From: Candidatus Saccharimonadota bacterium
GTDB lineage: Bacteria; Patescibacteriota; Saccharimonadia; Saccharimonadales; Saccharimonadaceae
Direction of reading: 5' to 3'
DNA: 32,000 nt
Assembly: GCA_049296095.1 (NCBI GenBank)
Contig: JBAQRV010000001.1
Coordinates: 60,001-92,000 of the forward strand
Both the position numbers and the translations under genes were made by a program. Below, one piece after another: positions 14,529 to 21,752 of this stretch (the first letter of the stretch is position 1; each line of letters starts with the position of its first letter). The notes under the pieces are model-generated. The model was not told the origin of the DNA, made no database searches, and saw only the letters and a program-made list of their open reading frames with translations.

Positions 14529-14537
14529 ATTATAGCA
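14529..14537 (-). promoter_or_regulatory. extended -10 promoter element of the microprotein unit
   Basis: Minus-strand TGcTATAAT (plus-strand attatagca at 14529-14537), about 30 nt upstream of ATG 14500. Confidence 0.6.
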
Positions 14538-14559
14538 CACATTCCCTCTGTAACTGGGG

Positions 14560-14565
14560 TATAAT
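14560..14565 (+). promoter_or_regulatory. -10 element of the Erm-like gene (very short leader)
   Basis: TATAAT at 14560-14565, 11 nt before ATG 14577, with no SD in between. Confidence 0.5.
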
Positions 14566-14576
14566 GTGACTCAGAC

Positions 14577-15314
14577 ATGAAGCGCCTTGCACACTATTCT
14601 CAATACTTCCTTCGTAATCCTGATTTTATTAAGGAATTGATTGGTCATACGTCGATTAAACCTCGTGATATGGTGCTGGATATCGGGGCGGGGAGTGGAG
14701 TGATTTCCTCAGTTCTCGCAACCCGTGCTAAGGAGGTAGTGGCGATCGAATTCGAACCACGGATGGCCGAGAAACTGCGCGAGAACATGCAGGCGTACCC
14801 GAACGTGACGGTGAAGGAAGGTGATTTTCTCGACATGCTATTACCAAAGACTCCTTACAAGATCTTTGCGAATATTCCTTTTCATTTGAGCTCGCCGATT
14901 CTTCGTAAGATTACCGAAGCGGATAATCCACCTGAGGCGACGTATTTGATCGTGCAGAAGCAGTTTGCGAATAAACTGTTGCCAAACTCAGATCGTTTTA
15001 CAGGACAGTTAGGAATGATGATTGGGCCTCTATTCGCGGTCAAGATTCGTCGGCCACTACGCAAGACTGACTTCTGGCCACATCCGAATGTGGACACGGT
15101 GCTATTAGAATTGGTACGACGCGAAGAGCCGATGATTGCAGTGAAAGACATGCCGCAGTACAGAAAGTTTATTGAGGGCTGTTTTTCCGACCCAAAGATC
15201 TTTGTGAAGACGCCACGAGAGGCGGTTGGGCTGAAGGCGGATATTAAGCCTTCGCAAATGAAGCTTGCGGAGTGGGTGAGACTATTTGAGGCTACGCGCT
15301 CGGTAACTCGATAA
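14577..15314 (+). CDS. rRNA adenine N6-methyltransferase, Erm-like (KsgA/Erm family)
   Basis: YSQYFL (Erm YSQNFL), SAM motif LDIGAGSGVIS, catalytic IFANIPFHLSSPILRKI and FWPHPNVDTVLLEL. The 245-aa length and C-terminal ...LAEWVRLFEATR resemble Erm proteins (compare ErmB and ErmE ...AAQWAALFEQTR) more than KsgA. Confidence 0.7.
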   Translation: MKRLAHYSQYFLRNPDFIKELIGHTSIKPRDMVLDIGAGSGVISSVLATRAKEVVAIEFEPRMAEKLRENMQAYPNVTVKEGDFLDMLLPKTPYKIFANIPFHLSSPILRKITEADNPPEATYLIVQKQFANKLLPNSDRFTGQLGMMIGPLFAVKIRRPLRKTDFWPHPNVDTVLLELVRREEPMIAVKDMPQYRKFIEGCFSDPKIFVKTPREAVGLKADIKPSQMKLAEWVRLFEATRSVTR

Positions 15315-16635
15315 CGAACTCTGTCCTATCAGTATCATGATGGAGGAATAATGCACCCTTGAAGTGCATCTCGGCAATCTGTTTTGCGACGAATAATCCT
15401 ATGCCGAGACCGTGTTGTTTATTACTGTGTAGTGGTTCAAAGAGGTTGCCGCGAATATTTTCGGGGACGCCAATTCCATGATCTATAACTGAGATTTGCA
15501 AAGTTCGATTATGAATACGGGTTTGTACTGTGATCTCTTTGAGCATACCCTCAGGGATCGAGGCATCTATTGCATTATTTATAAGAATTGTGAGGATTTG
15601 TGATAAACGAAGAGGATCGCCGACAATGTGAAAACCACCATTTATTTTAGAGGATGATGTTTTTATTGTGATACCAACCCTTCCTGCTTTTGAAGACATA
15701 TCGTGGACACTTTGCCTTGTAACCGTTAGGGCATCAAACTTTTCGACGTGTTTTGTCTTACTAATTTGTCTCCTTACCTTTGATACCATGCGTTCCAAGT
15801 AGGCGATACTCTCTTTCGTGCGAGCTATGGCGCCCGAGGTCTCATTTTCTTCCGTTAAATCGTCGATATCGAGCGATAGCACACTGAGGTTGTTGGCGAG
15901 GTCATGCAGAATGATGGTCGTGAGTTGACCCAGCTCGGCAAATTGATAGAGCTGCATAATCTCCTCTTGTTGTGCTTTGCGTAATATGCGAGTCTTTTCC
16001 CTTAGCCGAGATGCTAACTGGGATTTCTCTTTTTCGAGTTCAACCTCTGCTGCCATTGCTCGTTTGAGATTGTTCTCCATTTGTTTGCCTGATAATCGTG
16101 TGATGAGTGCGAAAATGCCGAACATGGTGACATAAGTTGCAATATCAACTAAACCTGGTTCACCGAGCCTTGAAGAATCCTCAGGTCTGTAAATATTAAG
16201 TGCGTCGAGAACATGGAGGGTAATAATAATACCTCCGGCGCCAACTGTCACTGGGATAATCGTTTTTAATCCTAGCATTGCACCGGATAAAAGTATGACG
16301 AACCCGAGCATAAGTATTGCTAGTGAAGCGTGGACGCTCCAGCTAATAAGAATGATAATAGCAACAAATGTATAGAGGATGAGCAGTGACCAGGATGCAA
16401 GAGCATATGCACGGATCCTAAAGAGCAAGATAATCATTAGTAGGTAGATGATAATAGGGACGCCAAAATATAGTCGGTCGGCTATATCAGAGCTGTTTAT
16501 AACCAGATGATGGACGGTGAGTAATATTTGGAGTGCGACCGCAACGGTGAGTGTGCCGAGCCAGACTATCTTTACCATGTAGTGTGGGTCATCGTGGACA
16601 GCGCCTTTTCTGTGTGCACGTATCAGCTCTCTCAT
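15292..16635 (-). CDS. sensor histidine kinase, multi-TM intramembrane-sensing type
   Basis: About 6 N-terminal TM helices with almost no extracytoplasmic loop. A coiled coil follows, then the H-box ILHDLANNL, N-box LINNAIDA, G1 DHGIGV and G2 GLGIGL. Confidence 0.9.
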   Translation of the reverse strand: MRELIRAHRKGAVHDDPHYMVKIVWLGTLTVAVALQILLTVHHLVINSSDIADRLYFGVPIIIYLLMIILLFRIRAYALASWSLLILYTFVAIIILISWSVHASLAILMLGFVILLSGAMLGLKTIIPVTVGAGGIIITLHVLDALNIYRPEDSSRLGEPGLVDIATYVTMFGIFALITRLSGKQMENNLKRAMAAEVELEKEKSQLASRLREKTRILRKAQQEEIMQLYQFAELGQLTTIILHDLANNLSVLSLDIDDLTEENETSGAIARTKESIAYLERMVSKVRRQISKTKHVEKFDALTVTRQSVHDMSSKAGRVGITIKTSSSKINGGFHIVGDPLRLSQILTILINNAIDASIPEGMLKEITVQTRIHNRTLQISVIDHGIGVPENIRGNLFEPLHSNKQHGLGIGLFVAKQIAEMHFKGALFLHHDTDRTEFVIELPSA

Positions 16636-17306
16636 TCTGGGCTGTCTACCTTGTACCCGACGCCATATATTGTACGAATAAATGAAGTAGCAAATGGACG
16701 ATCTATTTTGTCACGGAGATGCTTGATGTGAACATCGATCGTTCCGAGCCAACTAGTACTATCAGCACTCCATACGTGATCGAGTATCATTTTCCGTGTG
16801 AGAACACGACCACTGTTCATGACTAAATATTCGAGTATATCGAACTCCTTTCGTCGAAGTGATATAGCAATGCCATCTCTCTCGACGGTTCGTTCGGATG
16901 GATCAATAACTAGTCCGTGGTACGTTAGTATTTGAGGGAGGATGGGCCGTGCGCGACGTCGCAGTAAAGCTGATATCCGTGCTTTTAGCTCATCGCTATC
17001 AAACGGTTTTGTCACATAATCGTCTGCGCCCATATTTAATAATTCAACTCGCGTTGGCATGTCGTCTACCCCAGTTAGAACTAATATCGGGATATTGATT
17101 TTCATGTCACGGATCTTCTTGCATACCTCTACGCCGTGCATGTCAGGCAGTCCAAGATCTAAAAGGATAACACCATACTCGATGTCTGCAAGCTGAACGA
17201 GTGCCTCATGCCCAGTATTCACAAAATCTATTAAGTAAGTTTTCTGAAGTTTGCGCTGAATGCGATCAGCGAGACGAGGATTGTCTTCAACAACGAGTAT
17301 TTTCAT
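16632..17306 (-). CDS. OmpR/PhoB-family response regulator
   Basis: Receiver domain (MKILVVEDN, ILLDLGLPDMHG, K at VTKPF) plus a winged-helix output (LRRKEFDILEYL...IDVHIKHLRDKI...IRTIYGVGYKV). It overlaps the kinase gene by 4 nt. Confidence 0.95.
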   Translation of the reverse strand: MKILVVEDNPRLADRIQRKLQKTYLIDFVNTGHEALVQLADIEYGVILLDLGLPDMHGVEVCKKIRDMKINIPILVLTGVDDMPTRVELLNMGADDYVTKPFDSDELKARISALLRRRARPILPQILTYHGLVIDPSERTVERDGIAISLRRKEFDILEYLVMNSGRVLTRKMILDHVWSADSTSWLGTIDVHIKHLRDKIDRPFATSFIRTIYGVGYKVDSPE

Positions 17307-17424
17307 GGTTGCCTGGTGTCCGTTTACTTTCCCCTAATCTTAAGCTACATTTATTAAATAATTATGAACTTTTGAATGTCGTGAAACATTATAAGATGAG
17401 GACAAGCAGTAGTATTATAGATAC

Positions 17425-17928
17425 ATGACCCCAGACCTCATCATCCGCCTCATCGCCGATGTCGCCGTGATTCCAGTAATCCTTATTGGAGCATACCTTC
17501 TGCTATTCAAGGTACCAAAAGGCAAAGCTCGCTACGAGGCATATTGTCGGATCTTGATGGCAGGCCTGACGGCATATCTGCTTGCCAAACTCGCTGCTAC
17601 CGTTTATCAACCATCAGATCTTCGTCCATTTGAGTTGATGGGTGTCGATCCTGGTGCACTCTACTTAAACAACCCTGGTTTCCCTTCGGATCACGCGTTG
17701 TTCGTCACGGCTATCACCGCCGCTGTCTGGTTTGAAACTCGTGCCAAAAAGACTGCTATAGTATTAGCGATTTTGGTTCTGTTGATCGCTATAGGGCGCG
17801 TCGTTGCCCTGGTACATACACCAATTGACGTTATTGCTGGTATAGTAATTGCATTGCTAGGGGCAGTTTGGTACTTAGATAAACCGGGTGGGCAGAAGGA
17901 AATCTTACATGGCAAAAGTAGTCGCTGA
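17425..17928 (+). CDS. PAP2-family lipid phosphatase (BcrC/PgpB-like)
   Basis: PAP2 motifs C2 PSDH and C3 GRVVALVHTPIDV (Rx5Hx3D), with 4-5 TM spans. It is divergent from the two-component operon. Confidence 0.85.
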   Translation: MTPDLIIRLIADVAVIPVILIGAYLLLFKVPKGKARYEAYCRILMAGLTAYLLAKLAATVYQPSDLRPFELMGVDPGALYLNNPGFPSDHALFVTAITAAVWFETRAKKTAIVLAILVLLIAIGRVVALVHTPIDVIAGIVIALLGAVWYLDKPGGQKEILHGKSSR

Positions 17929-18391
17929 ACAAGAGTATGTCGATCGAACCTGGAGTATTTGGCTAAAAACGATTGCTACGGGCGCAGCGCTCGGTATCGT
18001 ATTTTGGATTATGACAGTCCTTTTGAGTCATTATGTTGTCGACCCACTGGCATGTCGCGATATGGGGAGTGCAACAGCCTGTGCGAATAGCGTTTCATTA
18101 GCTGGTAACATTGCGGCAATCCTGACAGGGCTACTGGGTATTATTGTGATGGTCCGAATGGGGATCTTTCGCCCAATTATCCTCGCTGTCGCAACGGCTA
18201 TTTTACTCTGGGATTTGAGTGCGATGACAACCGGACTCTTCTGGGTTGAAGCCCTCGCTTGGAGTGTTGGACTGTATGCGCTTTGCTATGGTCTGTTTGC
18301 TTGGATTGCTCGCTATGCTCGTCTATGGTTGGTGATCGCGGTTAGTATCTTGATTGTACTGATCATCCGCATCACTCTTGTGCTTTCCTGA
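17909..18391 (+). CDS. hypothetical four-TM membrane protein
   Basis: ORF-track entry 17888..18391. ATG 17909 (MAKVVAEQ) has a GAAGGAAA SD and overlaps the PAP2 gene end by 20 nt. Confidence 0.7.
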   Translation: MAKVVAEQEYVDRTWSIWLKTIATGAALGIVFWIMTVLLSHYVVDPLACRDMGSATACANSVSLAGNIAAILTGLLGIIVMVRMGIFRPIILAVATAILLWDLSAMTTGLFWVEALAWSVGLYALCYGLFAWIARYARLWLVIAVSILIVLIIRITLVLS

Positions 18392-18405
18392 TATACTAGA
18401 GACAT

Positions 18406-19476
18406 ATGGAGCAGGTGTTACTGATTATTCTCTTGATCGTCGTTATGGGCTTGGCCTTTGCGCTATTCTTTATCACTCAAAGATTACGTGACATGAAGCC
18501 GAACGGTGGGGTCGAAATGCTCAAGACTGACGTGACGGAACTGAACCGCACAATTACGAACCTACAAGCGGCACTGGGCGATAAATTAGAACGCAACGCG
18601 ACCAATATGCAGACCTCGATGCAAAAGCAGTTGGCCGAGAGTAGCAAATTGGTGAGTGATGTGACGCAGCGTCTGGCCAAGTTAGACGAGACTAATCGGC
18701 GTGTTGTCGATGTGGCAGATGAATTAAAAACATTGCAAAACGTTCTGCAGAATCCAAAGCAACGCGGTGTCTTTGGTGAATACTACCTCGAATCTGTCCT
18801 CGCTAACATTTTGCCAACCAAGAACTTTCAAATGCAATACAGGTTTAAGGATGGTGTGATCGCCGATGCTGTAGTGTTCCTGGATAAGGGCCAGATCTTG
18901 CCAGTGGATAGTAAGTTTAGTCTCGAGAACTATAACCGTATGGTCCAAGCAAAGACGAAAGAAGAGAAGGTTGAGTTGTTGAAGCGGGTTCGTAACGATC
19001 TTAAAGGCCGTATTGATGAAACCAGTAAGTACATCCGTCCAAACGAAAAGACGATGGATTTTGCCTTTATGTTCATCCCATCTGAATCTTTGTATTACGA
19101 TCTGTTGATTGGTGACGTTGGAACCGGCTCGAGTGCGCGGGATCTTATCGAATATGCCTTCCGTGAAAAGAAGGTAGTGATCGTCAGCCCGACCAGCTTT
19201 ATGGCTTACCTTCAGACCGTGCTCCAAGGCCTCCGTAGTCTGCAGATCGAAGAACAGGCTAAAGATATTCAGATCCAAGTTGGTAAGCTGGGCCGTCATA
19301 TTGGGGCGTTTGACACCTATATGGCCAAGCTAGGCAAGTCACTCGGTACGACAGTGAATCACTACAATGACGCGCACAAGGAACTGGCAAAGGTTGATAC
19401 TGATGTGGTGAAGATCGCGGGGAATAATGCGAGTGTTGAGGCGCTGTTGATTGAGCGGCCGCAGAGTGACGAATAA
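18406..19476 (+). CDS. rmuC: DNA recombination protein RmuC
   Basis: N-terminal TM, long coiled coil, then the RmuC nuclease-like core (RGVFGEYYLESVL...PVDSKF...DFAFMFIPSESLY...VVIVSPTSFMAYL). Confidence 0.9.
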   Translation: MEQVLLIILLIVVMGLAFALFFITQRLRDMKPNGGVEMLKTDVTELNRTITNLQAALGDKLERNATNMQTSMQKQLAESSKLVSDVTQRLAKLDETNRRVVDVADELKTLQNVLQNPKQRGVFGEYYLESVLANILPTKNFQMQYRFKDGVIADAVVFLDKGQILPVDSKFSLENYNRMVQAKTKEEKVELLKRVRNDLKGRIDETSKYIRPNEKTMDFAFMFIPSESLYYDLLIGDVGTGSSARDLIEYAFREKKVVIVSPTSFMAYLQTVLQGLRSLQIEEQAKDIQIQVGKLGRHIGAFDTYMAKLGKSLGTTVNHYNDAHKELAKVDTDVVKIAGNNASVEALLIERPQSDE

Positions 19477-19502
19477 GGTATAAAAACAGATGATCTTCAA
19501 TT

Positions 19503-19534
19503 AAAATACCTCGCCATTTCCAGCGAGGTATTTT
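19503..19534. terminator. bidirectional rho-independent terminator between rmuC (+) and the aquaporin gene (-)
   Basis: AAAATACCTCGC (19503-19514), loop CATTTCCA, GCGAGGTATTTT (19523-19534). Confidence 0.8.
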
Positions 19535-19552
19535 CGTAAGCAGAGATATCTA

Positions 19553-20380
19553 CTATTTTGCTTTGCGGCCGTAGAGTAGGTCGTAAACGACGAATCCAAC
19601 GACACCACCGATGACTGGAGCGAGGGCGTATACGCCGAAGGTCCAGAATGAATCCCAGTGGTATGCTTGCAGTGCGGTTGCGACTGCAGGGTTGATGATC
19701 GCGTTTGCACCAACGTAGCTTGCGGCGCTAACAGCGACGATCAAAGCTGCGAAGATACCGAGACCGGCCGTAAAGGCAGCAGCCACACGGTCCTGTCGTT
19801 CGCGAGTTGCGTTAGCAATGGCGAATCCGAGGATTGCGGTTCCGAGTAATTCACCAAAGAAGATGAACCATTCTTTACCAGCAAGTGTGCTGATATCAAC
19901 AGCTGAGAAGACGACTGGACCACCGAGGGTCGCTGCATCTGCACTTGAGACACCTGAACCAGCCAAGAAGGCGGTGAAGGTGAAGTAGGCAACGGCTGCA
20001 CCAAGTACCTGGAAGATGATGTATCCCAGAGCACGGAGCCATCCAATGCGACGAGTTGCCCAGGCACCAATAGTGACGGCTGGGTTGACGTGTGCACCAG
20101 ACAAGGCACCGATCAACAGTACGATACCGGCGAGGCCGAAGAGTACGTAGATTGGTTCACCACGACTGGCGAGTACGACACTAGCAAGTAGGAAAGTACC
20201 GATGAATTCAGCAATCACGGCACGCCAAAGCGTAAGTGATCGGACTGAATCTTGGACGTGTCCTACGAAAGTGTTCTTTGTTGCGGCAGCAGGAGCTGTC
20301 TTTACTGACGTTCGAGTTGTTTTCGCTGCAGACTTCGCTGCGGCTGGTTTTTTAGTAGTAGCGGCTTTTTTAGTAGCCAT
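19553..20380 (-). CDS. MIP-family channel (aquaporin/glycerol facilitator) with a ~40-aa Lys/Ala-rich N-terminal extension
   Basis: Two NPA boxes (SGAHVNPAVTIG and AIINPAVATAL) and six TM spans. The N-terminus is MATKKAATTKKPAAAKSAAKTTRTSVKTAPAAATK. An AAGGAGGGA SD is present. Confidence 0.9.
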   Translation of the reverse strand: MATKKAATTKKPAAAKSAAKTTRTSVKTAPAAATKNTFVGHVQDSVRSLTLWRAVIAEFIGTFLLASVVLASRGEPIYVLFGLAGIVLLIGALSGAHVNPAVTIGAWATRRIGWLRALGYIIFQVLGAAVAYFTFTAFLAGSGVSSADAATLGGPVVFSAVDISTLAGKEWFIFFGELLGTAILGFAIANATRERQDRVAAAFTAGLGIFAALIVAVSAASYVGANAIINPAVATALQAYHWDSFWTFGVYALAPVIGGVVGFVVYDLLYGRKAK

Positions 20381-20456
20381 TATGTCTCCCTCCTTATAGT
20401 AAACATGGGTCTAGTATAGCATAAACATAAACCGTGCCAGTGGTATAGTAAAGAGT

Positions 20457-20693
20457 ATGGCATTATACATAAAACAAGAAAATAAGCGTTCACAACTCCA
20501 GGAAAAATTAGCGACTGACCTGCAAGAACGAGCACGAGAGAAAGCCAAAGAAGCAGAGCTTCCTGATGGTATTAGCGACTCGGCATTTATAAAAGGCTCG
20601 AAACAGACAACTTCTCTCGCCTGGGTATGGGGTGTTATCGCTTTGATTGCTCTGGGGTTGGTTGTCTGGCTCATTATCGCAACATCATCGTAA
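20457..20693 (+). CDS. hypothetical tail-anchored small protein, 78 aa
   Basis: Charged helical N-terminal half and one C-terminal TM (LAWVWGVIALIALGLVVWLIIA). TGgTATAGT sits 7 nt upstream of the ATG. Confidence 0.6.
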   Translation: MALYIKQENKRSQLQEKLATDLQERAREKAKEAELPDGISDSAFIKGSKQTTSLAWVWGVIALIALGLVVWLIIATSS

Positions 20694-20738
20694 TAGCCCT
20701 TACGAGCAAGAGCGTTATAGCGTATAATAGCGCTAGTT

Positions 20739-21752
20739 ATGCCTAGTCACGACATTGATACCATTCGCCAAGATCTGCTTGCTCAGGTCAAGGCTAGCGA
20801 TACCCCGCGCGATATTCTACGGGCACCTGTCTTTAAAGACTTGTATAGTGCGATTGCCACGATGCCCGCTGAGGAGCGCGGATCTTATGGAAAAGCGGTC
20901 AACCGGTTGAAGCAGGCAGTCGAAGCAGCAGTGGTGGATCGAGAGAACGAGCTTGAGTCGAGTGACATTGCAGCTATTGATGTGACGGCCCCGTGGGATG
21001 TGAACGCCGATCGTCCAGCGCTTCTGCCAACGACTCAGGGATCGCACCATCCTCTGATGAAAGAGTTGTACCGAGTTGTTGATATCTTTACTCGTATGGG
21101 CTTTCAGGCCATTGAATCTCGTCAGATCGACGATGATTATCATATGTTTACCTCACTGAACTTCCCAGAGAACCACCCCGCACGTGATGGCTATGATACC
21201 TTCCGAACCGAAGAAGGATTTATTCCACCAGCACATACCTCAACCATGCAGCACCGTATCTTAAAAGAAGGGAAGCAAGCACTCGAGGCTGGTGGCCAGA
21301 TCGCCGCGATTAGTTATGGGCGCGTTTTCCGCAATGAAGATGTTGATGCAACCCATGAACACACCTTCTACCAAGTTGAAGGAGTTTTTGTCAGTGAAGA
21401 TGCGACACTCGGTGATATGCTCGGCACACTGCGAAGCTTCTTTGAAGTCTATTATGGACAGCAACTTCGTATTAAGACCCAGCCAGCTTATTTCCCATTT
21501 GTTGAGCCTGGCCTCGAGTTCGCGATTGAAAAACCAGCCGCACTCGGTGGTAAACCTGGCGAATGGCTAGAGATGCTCGGCTGCGGCATGATCCACCCGA
21601 ATGTCCTGCGTGAAGCCGGGATTGATCCGACCAAGTACCGCGGCTTTGCCTGGGGTGGTGGCGTCGAGCGATTGGTGATGTTGAAATATGGTATCGAGGA
21701 TTTACGACATTTCGAATCGGCACGATTACAATTCTTAAGGAAATTCGCATGA
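20739..21752 (+). CDS. pheS: phenylalanyl-tRNA synthetase alpha subunit
   Basis: Class II motifs FPENHPARD, RVFRNE and GFAWGGGVERLVML. It overlaps pheT by 4 nt. Confidence 0.95.
   Translation: MPSHDIDTIRQDLLAQVKASDTPRDILRAPVFKDLYSAIATMPAEERGSYGKAVNRLKQAVEAAVVDRENELESSDIAAIDVTAPWDVNADRPALLPTTQGSHHPLMKELYRVVDIFTRMGFQAIESRQIDDDYHMFTSLNFPENHPARDGYDTFRTEEGFIPPAHTSTMQHRILKEGKQALEAGGQIAAISYGRVFRNEDVDATHEHTFYQVEGVFVSEDATLGDMLGTLRSFFEVYYGQQLRIKTQPAYFPFVEPGLEFAIEKPAALGGKPGEWLEMLGCGMIHPNVLREAGIDPTKYRGFAWGGGVERLVMLKYGIEDLRHFESARLQFLRKFA

Noticed and set aside
13289-17306. Ddl-like ligase plus two-component system as a van-type glycopeptide resistance cluster
   Set aside because: There is no VanH-like dehydrogenase or VanX/VanY peptidase. 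The genes are separated by unrelated units and not co-oriented, and the ligase lacks the features needed to call D-Ala-D-Lac specificity.
18724-19299. 191-aa minus-strand ORF
   Set aside because: It is antisense to the well-supported rmuC gene, has no translation signals and no recognisable motif. Shadow ORF.
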